51,430 bases of DNA from Gemmatimonadota bacterium (GTDB taxonomy: Bacteria; Gemmatimonadota; Gemmatimonadetes; Gemmatimonadales; Gemmatimonadaceae), in the NCBI GenBank assembly GCA_031372565.1, contig JANMLN010000018.1, positions 1 to 51,430 of the forward strand. The letters run 5' to 3'. Below, in pieces: positions 31,348-40,331 of this stretch (its first letter is position 1; each line of letters opens with the position of its first letter). The position numbers and the translations under genes were made by a program. The notes beneath the pieces were generated by a model. That model did no database searches. It had not been told where the DNA came from and worked only from the letters and a program-made list of their open reading frames with translations.

Positions 31348-31684
31348 TTCGCCTGACACGCAGGTCGCCGCGTCGCCAGCCGCACCATCCGCGATGGCGG
31401 CCGACGCCGATCTCGCGCGATGGCGCGCGGACATCGAGGCGATTGATCGCCAACTCGTCGCGCTGCTCGCCGAACGCATGCGGTTGGCACGATCCGTCGG
31501 TGGTGCCAAGCGGGCGGCACGGGTGCCGATCGTGGACCCGGTTCGCGAGGCCGCCGTGGTCAGGCGCGCCGGAGCGCTGGCGCGCGACGCCGGGCTCCCC
31601 GACGAGGACGTACGACGGATCTTCTGGCAGGTGATCGAACTCGCGCGCCGCACGCAGCTCGAAGACGCGCCGATGACGGACTGA
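31340..31684 (+). CDS. Chorismate mutase (AroQ type)
   Basis: LARWRADIEAIDRQLVALLAERM..VGGAK..DPVRE. Start ATG 31340 overlaps aroF. Confidence 0.9.
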   Translation: MPDSPDTQVAASPAAPSAMAADADLARWRADIEAIDRQLVALLAERMRLARSVGGAKRAARVPIVDPVREAAVVRRAGALARDAGLPDEDVRRIFWQVIELARRTQLEDAPMTD

Positions 31685-31695
31685 CGACGCGACGC

Positions 31696-31719
31696 GCGCA
31701 GGCCATCGAGCGCCTGCGC
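31696..31719. terminator. GC hairpin between convergent genes
   Basis: GCGCAGGC / GCCTGCGC 8-bp stem; no U-tract. Confidence 0.3.
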
Positions 31720-31728
31720 CACGAGTGT

Positions 31729-34014
31729 CTACAACAGCGACACCGGATCGCGATCCCAACTCACGCGGACCCCCGACGACGGCGACGCGAACCGCTCGGC
31801 GAAGAACCGGCCGACGCGCGTCAGCGCCTTGGGGTCGGTGGCCTTCACCAGCAAGTGCCACCGCCAGCGCTTGTCCACGCGTTCGATGGGACAGGGCGCC
31901 GGTCCTACGAGGGTCAGTCCATTCACGCGCTTGGCCGCGAGCAACCGGGCCAACCAATCCGCGGCAAGCTGCGCGGCCGTCGCGACCTCGCCCTCGTGCT
32001 CGCCGCTCACCAGCACGTTGGCCAGCTGCACGGTCGGCGGGTACGCGGGCGAACGACGCGACTGGAACTCTTCCGCCACGAACGCGGCGTAGTCGTGCGT
32101 GCGTGCACAGCGCACGGCATGATGCTCCGGCGCGCGCGTCTGGATGATGACGCGCCCCGCTTTGGCGCCACGCCCGGCCCGCCCCGCCACCTGCGCCAGC
32201 AATTGGAACGTGCGTTCACTCGAGCGAAAGTCGGGCAGGTTGATCCCGATGTCCGCGTCGATGACGCCAACCAGCGTCACGTTCGCGAAGTCGAGCCCCT
32301 TCGCGATCATCTGCGTGCCCAGGAGAATGTCGACGGCTCCACTCGCCACGCGGTCGAGGATCTCCACGTGCGCCCACTTGCCACTCGTCGTGTCCACATC
32401 CATGCGCGCCACGTTCGCCTGCGGAAAGCGCTCGGCGACCAGTCGCTCGACCTGCTGCGTGCCGAGCCCGCGCATCGAGAGGACCGGTGTGGTGCAGCGC
32501 GGGCACTGCGTTGCGGGTTCCTGCTGGTGCTGGCAGTAGTGGCAGACCCAGCGCGGCGGCGCCTTGTGGGCCGTGAGCGAGATCGAACAGTTCGGACACT
32601 CGGCCACCCATCCACACCCGGGGCACTGCACGAAGCTGGCAAAGCCGCGACGGTTGAGCAGCAGGATCACCTGCTCGCGGCGCGCCAACGTTTCCCGCAT
32701 GGCCCGCTCGAGCGGTTCGCTGATCGCGACGCGTACCGGATCGACGGTGGGGGGCTGCGGCGCCGCAAGATTCACCACCTCGACCGTGGGCAGCTCGCCG
32801 GCACCCGCGCGCATCGGCAGCGACAGTCGTCGGGTGCGCCCCTCTTCCGCGGCACGCCAGCTTTCGAGCGACGGCGTGGCACTGCCGAGCACCGCGATGG
32901 CCCCTTCGTGGCGCGCCCGCGCGATGGCGACGTCGCGCGCATGATAGCGCGGCGCTTCGTTCTGCTTGTACGACGCCTCGTGCTCCTCGTCCACGATGAT
33001 CGCGCCCAGCTCCGCGATCGGCGCGAAGATGGCCGACCGCGCCCCCACCGCAATGCGCCGTTCGCCACGATGCAGCGCTCGCCACGCGTCCAGCCGCTCG
33101 CCATCCGACAGCGCGCTGTGCAACACGGCCACCTTGTCACCGAAGGCCGCCCGGAACCGGTCCACGGTCTGCGGCGTGAGCGCGATCTCGGGCACGAGCA
33201 CGATGGCGCCCTTGCCCAGCACGTCGACCACATGCCGCAGCAGTTCGATGTACACCAGCGTCTTGCCGCTTCCCGTGATGCCGTACAAAAGTGCCACGTC
33301 GCCGGGGGCACTCGCAATCAGCGCGTCGATCGCGACCCGCTGCGCTGCCGACGGTGCAAGCGGCACGGCGTCCCTCGCTGCCTCCCGTTGCGCTTCCGCC
33401 CGGGCGGCAAATGGATCGCGCATGACCGCCTGCTTCGTGATCATGAGGGCGCCACGTTTGGCCAGCGCCGTGATCACCGCACGCGCGATTCCCAGTTGGC
33501 CCGTCACATGCGCCACGGTGCCGTGCCCGCCGAGCGTTTCGATGGCTTCGTAGGCCGCGCGCTGGGCGGGGGCGCGCTTGAAGAACGCATCACGTTCGAG
33601 CAGCGACGGGAACTCGCGCATGATCCGCACATGGGCCGTCTCGCGACCGGGGGGGGCGGCGCGGCGCGCCACGCCGAGCGCGCTCGGCAGCATGGCGCGG
33701 TACACGAGTCCGACGGGCGTCGCGTAGCGCTCGCTGATCCAGCGCCCCAGCTCCATGAGCGCGCTCGACAGCGCCGGTTCAGCGTCCGGGGCGTCGAGGA
33801 TCGCCTTGGCGCTCACCCCCTCGGGCAGCGCGGCATCGAGGGCGGTGACGATGCCGACTTCGCGTCCCCCGCGCAGCGGCACCACCACGCGGGCGCCCGG
33901 CACCGCGCGATCGGCGAGCGTCTCCGGCACCGCGTACGTGAAGGACGTGAAGAGCGGCACCGGCACCGCGACGGCGACCAACCGCGCCGTGCTCACGCGT
34001 GGCGACGTCCGCAT
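31729..34014 (-). CDS. priA: Primosomal protein N'
   Basis: GITGSGKT, LVPEIALTPQ, DEEHE, GSATPSLE, four CxxC, GTQMIAKGLDF, QVAGRAGR. Confidence 0.97.
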   Translation of the reverse strand: MRTSPRVSTARLVAVAVPVPLFTSFTYAVPETLADRAVPGARVVVPLRGGREVGIVTALDAALPEGVSAKAILDAPDAEPALSSALMELGRWISERYATPVGLVYRAMLPSALGVARRAAPPGRETAHVRIMREFPSLLERDAFFKRAPAQRAAYEAIETLGGHGTVAHVTGQLGIARAVITALAKRGALMITKQAVMRDPFAARAEAQREAARDAVPLAPSAAQRVAIDALIASAPGDVALLYGITGSGKTLVYIELLRHVVDVLGKGAIVLVPEIALTPQTVDRFRAAFGDKVAVLHSALSDGERLDAWRALHRGERRIAVGARSAIFAPIAELGAIIVDEEHEASYKQNEAPRYHARDVAIARARHEGAIAVLGSATPSLESWRAAEEGRTRRLSLPMRAGAGELPTVEVVNLAAPQPPTVDPVRVAISEPLERAMRETLARREQVILLLNRRGFASFVQCPGCGWVAECPNCSISLTAHKAPPRWVCHYCQHQQEPATQCPRCTTPVLSMRGLGTQQVERLVAERFPQANVARMDVDTTSGKWAHVEILDRVASGAVDILLGTQMIAKGLDFANVTLVGVIDADIGINLPDFRSSERTFQLLAQVAGRAGRGAKAGRVIIQTRAPEHHAVRCARTHDYAAFVAEEFQSRRSPAYPPTVQLANVLVSGEHEGEVATAAQLAADWLARLLAAKRVNGLTLVGPAPCPIERVDKRWRWHLLVKATDPKALTRVGRFFAERFASPSSGVRVSWDRDPVSLL

Positions 34015-34063
34015 CCGCGGTGCATCGCCCGCGCGCTCCGTCCGCGCCGCGGGCGCACGCGCG

Positions 34064-35086
34064 CTATCTCCGTGTGACGCCGAGCCCCGGGCCGGACGGC
34101 AGCGTCGTCACGCCGTTGGCAATCGTGGCGCCGACGAAGGGATCGTCCTTGAGCAATGCCGCGCCGTCCATGTCCACCGCATCGAGCAACGGCGCGAAGT
34201 GCGCGGCCGCCGAGATCCCGAGCGATGACTCGATCATGCAGCCCGTCATCACGATCATGTCGTGGGCGCGCGCGATGTGCACCATCTTGATCGCCTCACC
34301 CAGCCCGCCGCACTTGGCCACCTTGATGTTGATGCCGTCGACCACACCGACGAGGTTCTTGATGTCGCGGCTCGTCACGCACGACTCGTCGGCGATGATC
34401 GGCAGCGTCGAACGCTCGCGCACGAACCTGAGCCCCGCCAGGTCGTGCGCCGGCAGCGGCTGCTCCACGAACTCGACCCCCAACTCCTGCAGCAGCGGGA
34501 TCATCGCGAGCGTGGACTTGGGCGTCCACGCGCAGTTGGCGTCGACCCGGATGATCTTCGCGGGCGCTTCCTCCCGGACCGCGCGAATGATCTCGCGATC
34601 GCGATCGCTCCCGAGCTTCACCTTGAGGATCGGATACTGTGCCGCCTCGCGCACCCGGGAACGCGTCGTGCCGATGTCCGGCTGGATGCCGATCGTGAAG
34701 CTCGAGTGCGGTGCCGCCGCCGGATCGAGCCCCCAGAGCTTCCAGAGCGGAATGCCCAGACGCTTGCCGATGATGTCGTGCACGGCCGCACTGATGGCGC
34801 TCTTGAGCGCGCCGTTGCCCGTGATGTTCCTGTGCATCGCGGCCTCGAGCGCCTCGATGCTCCAGCTGTCCGCCTCCTCCACGATCGGGCGCAGCCGCTC
34901 GAGCACCGCGATGTTGCTGTCGACGGTCTCGCCATACAGGCCACTGGGGGCCGCCTCGCCCCATCCTTCCACGCCGTCCCGGTCGGTGATGCGGACCATC
35001 AACGTGCGCCACGTCGATTGGCCGCCCCGCGCAATGATGAACGGGTGCGTGGTCGTCAGGTGCAGCACGTCATGCGAGAGCTTCAT
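34064..35086 (-). CDS. Dipeptide (L-Ala-D/L-Glu) epimerase, enolase superfamily
   Basis: GWGEA, LKVKLG, VDAN, EQP, ADES, NIKVAKCGG, GCMIES, DMDG. ATGA overlap with the kinase. Confidence 0.9.
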   Translation of the reverse strand: MKLSHDVLHLTTTHPFIIARGGQSTWRTLMVRITDRDGVEGWGEAAPSGLYGETVDSNIAVLERLRPIVEEADSWSIEALEAAMHRNITGNGALKSAISAAVHDIIGKRLGIPLWKLWGLDPAAAPHSSFTIGIQPDIGTTRSRVREAAQYPILKVKLGSDRDREIIRAVREEAPAKIIRVDANCAWTPKSTLAMIPLLQELGVEFVEQPLPAHDLAGLRFVRERSTLPIIADESCVTSRDIKNLVGVVDGINIKVAKCGGLGEAIKMVHIARAHDMIVMTGCMIESSLGISAAAHFAPLLDAVDMDGAALLKDDPFVGATIANGVTTLPSGPGLGVTRR

Positions 35087-36093
35087 GGTCGGGTCGGGGT
35101 CGAGGCAAAGGGAGACCACGCCGCGCCGGCCGCGCGCCACTGCTCCGTGGCCGTCCCCGCACCCAGATAGCGCAGGAGCGCATCGGCCAGCTCGGCGCCG
35201 CGCTGGTAGCGGTCGTCGGGGTTCTTGGCGAGGCAGCGCATGATGATCGTCGACAGCGCCGACGGCACGCCCGAGTTGACGACGTCCGGCGCGACCGGCG
35301 CTTCGTGCACGTGCTTGTACCCGACGGAGTAGGCATCGGCGCCGTCGAACGGCGGGAAGCCGACCACGCTCTCGTACAGCATCACCCCCACGCCGTAGAG
35401 GTCGGAGCGTCCGTCGACGAGCTTCCCCATCGCCTGCTCCGGCGACATGTAGTGCGGCGTGCCCATGGCACGACCGCCCGCGGTGAGCCGCCCGTGGAAG
35501 CGCGCCGTGGCGATGCCGAAGTCGGTCAGCCGCGCGTTGCCGTCGTCATCGAACAGCACGTTGTCCGGCTTGATGTCGCGATGCACGATGCCGCGCCGAT
35601 GCGCATAGTCGAGTGCCACCGCCACCTGCGCGCTGGCCGCAGCCGCCTTCTCGGCCGACACCGTGCGCGTGGCCATCAGACGCCCGGCCAGCGAACCACC
35701 GGACAGGTAGGGCATCACGAGATACACCGTGTTGCCCGCTTCGCCGAACTCCTCGATCGGGCAGATGAACGGGTGGACGAGACGACTGGCCGCTTCGGCC
35801 TCGCGACGGAACCGCTCGCGCATCTCTTCCTCGCGCGCCAACGCTTGGTGCAGGACCTTGACCACCAACGGTCGCCCGAGCACTTCATGCTCGCCGTAGT
35901 ACACGTGCGCCATGCCGCCGGAGCCGAGGCGCTTGATGATGCGGTACCGGTTACCGGTGGCAAGGCGCAGCGCCCCCGTTTCCTCGTCGGGCTTCTCGAG
36001 GGGCGGCTCGGCCAACACCGGCAAGTCGGTCGCGCAGCGCACGCAGTTGGCCGCGCGCGCACGATTCCAGGTGCCGCAGTCAGGACAGAACAT
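35083..36093 (-). CDS. Soluble Hanks-type Ser/Thr kinase with N-terminal zinc ribbon
   Basis: CPDC..CVRC, LGSGGMAHVY, HRDIKPDN, DFG, GTPHYMSPE; no TM. Confidence 0.95.
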   Translation of the reverse strand: MFCPDCGTWNRARAANCVRCATDLPVLAEPPLEKPDEETGALRLATGNRYRIIKRLGSGGMAHVYYGEHEVLGRPLVVKVLHQALAREEEMRERFRREAEAASRLVHPFICPIEEFGEAGNTVYLVMPYLSGGSLAGRLMATRTVSAEKAAAASAQVAVALDYAHRRGIVHRDIKPDNVLFDDDGNARLTDFGIATARFHGRLTAGGRAMGTPHYMSPEQAMGKLVDGRSDLYGVGVMLYESVVGFPPFDGADAYSVGYKHVHEAPVAPDVVNSGVPSALSTIIMRCLAKNPDDRYQRGAELADALLRYLGAGTATEQWRAAGAAWSPFASTPTRP

Positions 36094-36114
36094 CCAGTCG
36101 TCGCCTCCCGAGGT

Positions 36115-37152
36115 CTAGAGCCACCGACGCCACTTGAGCAGCCCCACGAGGCTGGCGCCGAGACCCAGTTGCAGCCCGAGCATCCACCAGAAACCGTGCG
36201 GAGAGTGGGACAGCGGAATCTGCTCGAAGTTCATCCCCCACATGCCGCTGATCACCACGAAGGGCACGCTCAGCGTCGCCACGACCGAGAGCCCCGTCGT
36301 GATGCGGCCCAGGCGGATCGACACTTGCGAGAGGTAGCTGTCGAGCGTGCTCGAGAGCAGGTCCCGGTACGTATCGAGGTTGTCGTTGATGCGCAGCACG
36401 TGGTCATACACGTCGCGGAAGTACACCTGCATGTCGGACGTGAGCAGCGCGGACGGCCGGTTGGTGAGGACCGACAGCACTTCGCGCTGTGGTGTGAGGT
36501 GACGGCGCAGCGACAGCACCAGCCGCTTGAGCGCGAGGATGTCGCCCAGCGCCTTCTCATCGAAGGATGCCACGACACGCTCTTCGAGGCCATCGAGCAG
36601 TTCGTCGACCTTGTCCATGACGGGGAAGTAGGCATCCACCGCCATGTCCATCATCGCGTGCAGCATCCGGTCGGCACCGCGCCCGAGCACGTCGGGACTC
36701 CGCGTGACCCGATCCACCATCTCCTCGATCGGTGCCGCGCGCCCCTCATGCGTCGTGACCAGAAATCCGCGACCCAGGAAGAAGCAGATGTTGTAGGTGT
36801 TGATGTCGTACGGGTCGTCGGTATCGTGCCGGTAGGTCACCCCGCGCACGATCAGGAACAGATACTCGGGAAACTCCTCGAGCTTGACGCGCGACTGCGG
36901 ATTGAGCACGTCCTCCACCGACAGCGGATGGAAGCCGAACAGGTTCTCGAGACACGCCACCTGATGCCGGTCCGTCACATCGAGGTCCGCCCAGAGCGGC
37001 GCTCCGCTCGAGCGCGCCGCTGCCAGATCGCGCGGCGACATGTCCGTCACCAACTGCCCGTCGTTCCGCAGCATCCACGAACGAAGGCCGCGCGCGGGGG
37101 GGCGCACGGCGGCGTCAACGACGCGCTCCGGAGGCAGGGTCGGCACAGTCAT
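36115..37152 (-). CDS. corA: Magnesium/cobalt transporter
   Basis: FHPLSVED, YFRDVYDH, GMWGMNF and two C-terminal TMs. Start ATG 37152. Confidence 0.95.
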   Translation of the reverse strand: MTVPTLPPERVVDAAVRPPARGLRSWMLRNDGQLVTDMSPRDLAAARSSGAPLWADLDVTDRHQVACLENLFGFHPLSVEDVLNPQSRVKLEEFPEYLFLIVRGVTYRHDTDDPYDINTYNICFFLGRGFLVTTHEGRAAPIEEMVDRVTRSPDVLGRGADRMLHAMMDMAVDAYFPVMDKVDELLDGLEERVVASFDEKALGDILALKRLVLSLRRHLTPQREVLSVLTNRPSALLTSDMQVYFRDVYDHVLRINDNLDTYRDLLSSTLDSYLSQVSIRLGRITTGLSVVATLSVPFVVISGMWGMNFEQIPLSHSPHGFWWMLGLQLGLGASLVGLLKWRRWL

Positions 37153-37186
37153 CTCACTAGCGATGAAAGCTACCCCGCTCCCACTC

Positions 37187-38113
37187 TCAGGCCAGCGCCT
37201 TGAGGTGCGCGACGGCCGCGGCCCCGACGGCCGGCGGCGCGTAGCCCCCTTCCAGCGCACTCACGAGGCGTCCACCCGCGGTCCGCTCGGCCAGCGCCAC
37301 CAGCGTCCGCGTCAGTCGCTCGACATCGGCAACCGTGAGCGTGAAGCCACCCAACGGATCGCCCGCCAGCGAATCGAAGCCGGCCGACACGAGCACCAAC
37401 TGCGGGTCCCATCCCGCCGTGGCCGCCCGCACCGCCCCTTCGAGCGCCTCCACGTAGGTCGCGGGAGACAGGCCGGCCGCCATCGGCACGTTCCACACCG
37501 AGTCGTGCGGGCCGCGATCTTCGGCGCCGCCTGTGCCCGGGTACCACGGCCATTGGTGCATCGACACGAACCGGATCGCGGGATCATGCTCGACCAGCGC
37601 CTGCGTCCCATTGCCGTGGTGGACGTCCCAGTCGACGATCAGCACGCGATCCAGCCCGTGGCGCGCGCGCGCGTAGTGCGCTGCCAGCGCCACATTGCCA
37701 AACAGACAGAAGCCCATCCCTGCCGCGCGAAGCGCATGGTGCCCGGGCGGCCGTACGGCGCAGAAGCTTCGCAGCACCGTGCCGTCCAGCGCGAGATCCA
37801 CCGCATCAAGCAGACAGCCGGCGGCGGCCGTCGCCGCGTCCCACGACCCGTCGCTCACCACCGTGTCGCCGTCCAGCGCGCCGCCGCCTGCGGCGGCCAG
37901 CTCGCGTACCCGCGCGACATAGGCCGCGTCATGCGCGAGCGTGAGCTCGTCTGCCGTCGCGTGACGCCCTTCATGGTGATGCAGCGCGAGCATGAGTTCC
38001 GGCTCGTCGCGCAGCGCACGCGTGATCGCCCGGATCCGGCCCACGTGCTCCGCATGATCCCAGCCGGTGTCGTGTCGGCCGCAGTCGCTGTGCGAAATGA
38101 AGCCGGTGGGCAC
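37187..38113 (-). CDS. Histone deacetylase family (Zn-dependent lysine/amine deacetylase)
   Basis: HAEHVGR, RPPGHHA, GFC, DWDVHHGNGT, SAGFD, LEGGY. Confidence 0.95.
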   Translation of the reverse strand: MPTGFISHSDCGRHDTGWDHAEHVGRIRAITRALRDEPELMLALHHHEGRHATADELTLAHDAAYVARVRELAAAGGGALDGDTVVSDGSWDAATAAAGCLLDAVDLALDGTVLRSFCAVRPPGHHALRAAGMGFCLFGNVALAAHYARARHGLDRVLIVDWDVHHGNGTQALVEHDPAIRFVSMHQWPWYPGTGGAEDRGPHDSVWNVPMAAGLSPATYVEALEGAVRAATAGWDPQLVLVSAGFDSLAGDPLGGFTLTVADVERLTRTLVALAERTAGGRLVSALEGGYAPPAVGAAAVAHLKALA

Positions 38114-38119
38114 GCGCCC

Positions 38120-38446
38120 CTAGCGGACCGGGCGTCGGCGACGGTGCGAAATCGAGAGCGTCGCGTGCGCAGGGATCCCCGCGTCAGCGAGTCCAAGCGA
38201 TTCGTCACGAAGCTCCACGCCACGGTGCTTTACCACGAAGTCGTCGTGAAAGTCCGCTGCCGGATCGAGCGCGGCGAGCGCGGCCACCTTCACCGCCAGC
38301 ACGGGCTCGTTGGCCGGCGCATCGACGAGCACGGTGTCCCAGGCTTCGAGCAGCTGGACGCGTACCGTCGTGCGCGGCGCACTCGCGGGCGCCAGCACGA
38401 TCGGCTCGCCCTGCGTGCGCAGATGATCAGGAAACGGCGTGCTCAT
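38120..38446 (-). CDS. Stand-alone ubiquitin-like (beta-grasp, YukD/EsaB-like) protein, 108 aa, with no C-terminal GG
   Basis: C-terminal part of the 38120..39253 ORF from ATG 38446 (ATGA overlap). By-eye alignment to ubiquitin, e.g. [24 protein letters not shown] versus [23 protein letters not shown]. Confidence 0.75.
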   Translation of the reverse strand: [108 protein letters not shown]

Positions 38447-38739
38447 GGCTCGGCGGCAGGCGGCAGCGTGGACAGAAAACGGGCCAGCTGCTGATCGAAC
38501 AGGTAGCTGCCCCCGGTCACTTCGGTGGCCCCCTCGTGCAGGCGGGCGGCAACCACGACCTCCTCGCCGCCCTGCCCCCGGAGCGCCACGTATCCGGGGC
38601 CTTCGCGCTCGAGGAAGGCGACGTACACGCTTTGCGCTCCCGAGAAGAACGCCTTCGCCGCCGTCATGGCCGCGTCGGGTGACAGCGAGGTGCGGGCCAC
38701 CTGCATCGTTCGGTGGCTCTGGAGGTGCGATGTGGTCAT
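38443..38739 (-). CDS. Small hypothetical alpha/beta protein (87-98 aa)
   Basis: ATGA-coupled on both sides; protein-like sequence. Confidence 0.75.
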   Translation of the reverse strand: MTTSHLQSHRTMQVARTSLSPDAAMTAAKAFFSGAQSVYVAFLEREGPGYVALRGQGGEEVVVAARLHEGATEVTGGSYLFDQQLARFLSTLPPAAEP

Positions 38740-40106
38740 GGCGGGTTCGCCGCGAGCGCGCGCGCGCGCCGGGGCTCCTCGTATTCGAGCGGCAGCTCGA
38801 GGGTGAAGGTGGAGCCGGCCCCCTCGACCGACTCGAGCGCAATGTCGCCACCAAGCAATCGGGCGAGCCGACGCGCCAGCGCGAGCCCGAGCCCGGACCC
38901 GCCGTAGCGGCGCGTCGCGGACCCGTCGACCTGACGAAACTCGTCGAAGACCATGCCTTGTGCGTCCAGCGGAATGCCGATTCCGGTGTCATGCACCACG
39001 TACCGGCCGCGCCCCTCGACCACGGACGCCGACACCGTGACGTCGCCACGCCGCGTGAACTTGTAGGCGTTGCCCAGCACTTCCTCGAGAATGCGCGCCA
39101 GCTTCGCCTTGTCCGATCGCATCGACGGCAGCACCCCGTCCGGCTCGTCGATCCGCAGCAGCACGTCAACGGAGCGACCGGGGGTCGCGGCAATCGCGTC
39201 GCGCAGCGGCTCGCGCACGTCGAACTCGCTGACCGCGACCGGCAGCGTGCCATGCTTGAGCGAGGTCAGCTCCAGCAGGTTGTTGACGAGCACGACCAGC
39301 CGTTCGCTCGAGGCACGCACCTGGGCCAGATCACTGCGCTGATCGGCGGTCAACGGGCCGCTGACCTCCTCTTCGAGCAGCGCGAGATAGCCCAGCGTCG
39401 CCGTGAGTGGCGTGCGCAGCTCGTGCGAAATGTTGGCGAGAAACTCGTCCTTGATCCGGCGCGCCTCGCGCACCGCCACATACTGTGCATCGAGTTCCTC
39501 GTTGGCATCGGCCAGCGCCGCCTTGGTGCGGGCGAGTTCTTCGGTGAGCGCAGCCTTCTCCGCCGTCGCTGCGAGCTGTTCCGACACCATCTTGAGCAGG
39601 GCACGCCGCTCGGGCCCCGGACTTCCGGGCTGCGCGAAGTAGAAGGTGGCGGTGCCGAGCACCTGGCGACCGATCGTGAGCGGCAACGCAACGAGCGCAC
39701 GGAACCCGATCTCCTGCGCCACTTCAGCCCAATCCTCGAGCGAGGGATCCGCCGTGATGTCGGGAATCTCGATCGGGCGGCGCTCACTCACCGCTTCGCC
39801 GCTCGGCCCGAAGCCGACGCGAACGCGCATCTGGCCCAGCCACGGCTGATACTGTTCCGGCCAGTTGCTCGCGGCCACCAGCCGCATCAGCTCGCTCGCG
39901 CCATCGACGAGGTACACAGAGGCGAACGATGCGCCGACCAGCGGCAGCACGCGATCGAGCGCGAACTGAAAGACCTCCGCCGGCTGATCCGCCGTGAGGA
40001 ATGCGTGCACGATCTCGCGGACGGCCCCCAACTCTTGTTGGGCCGGAAGGGCAGCGCCGCCGGACGGGCGCGCCCGCTCGCCATGGGACCTCGAGGCGCG
40101 AAGCAC
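38736..40106 (-). CDS. Soluble GAF-domain sensor histidine kinase
   Basis: GAF region, coiled coil, SHELRTPL, GNAYKFT, DTGIGI, FRQVD, GGSGLGL. Confidence 0.95.
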   Translation of the reverse strand: MLRASRSHGERARPSGGAALPAQQELGAVREIVHAFLTADQPAEVFQFALDRVLPLVGASFASVYLVDGASELMRLVAASNWPEQYQPWLGQMRVRVGFGPSGEAVSERRPIEIPDITADPSLEDWAEVAQEIGFRALVALPLTIGRQVLGTATFYFAQPGSPGPERRALLKMVSEQLAATAEKAALTEELARTKAALADANEELDAQYVAVREARRIKDEFLANISHELRTPLTATLGYLALLEEEVSGPLTADQRSDLAQVRASSERLVVLVNNLLELTSLKHGTLPVAVSEFDVREPLRDAIAATPGRSVDVLLRIDEPDGVLPSMRSDKAKLARILEEVLGNAYKFTRRGDVTVSASVVEGRGRYVVHDTGIGIPLDAQGMVFDEFRQVDGSATRRYGGSGLGLALARRLARLLGGDIALESVEGAGSTFTLELPLEYEEPRRARALAANPP

Positions 40107-40112
40107 AGGGGA

Positions 40113-40118
40113 AAGCTA
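40113..40118 (-). promoter_or_regulatory. -10 hexamer TAGCTT 6 nt upstream of the histidine kinase GTG
   Basis: Minus strand TAGCTT-tcccct-GTG. Confidence 0.5.
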
Positions 40119-40331
40119 CAGGTCGCGGTCGAGTGCGGCCAGATAACCTGATTCAGGCGTGAGGGTTGCGCCCGTTGGGGAAACGTGTGTTTCCATCCGA
40201 TGGTCAGCAGGACGTCTGCTGGCGGTCACGGCGGTGTGACGGTGCGGTCACCTGTCCACCCGGTCAACCGCCCACCGCGCCCAGACGCCGCACTCCCAAA
40301 CGTCTCGAGGCCGTTGTCGTGCCCGTTTCGA

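Noticed and set aside
38120..38446. Ubl as part of a ubiquitin-like conjugation, sulfur-carrier or type VII secretion system
   Set aside because: No C-terminal GG, and no E1/E2/JAB, ThiF/MoeB, WXG100 or FtsK-like ATPase genes in the window.
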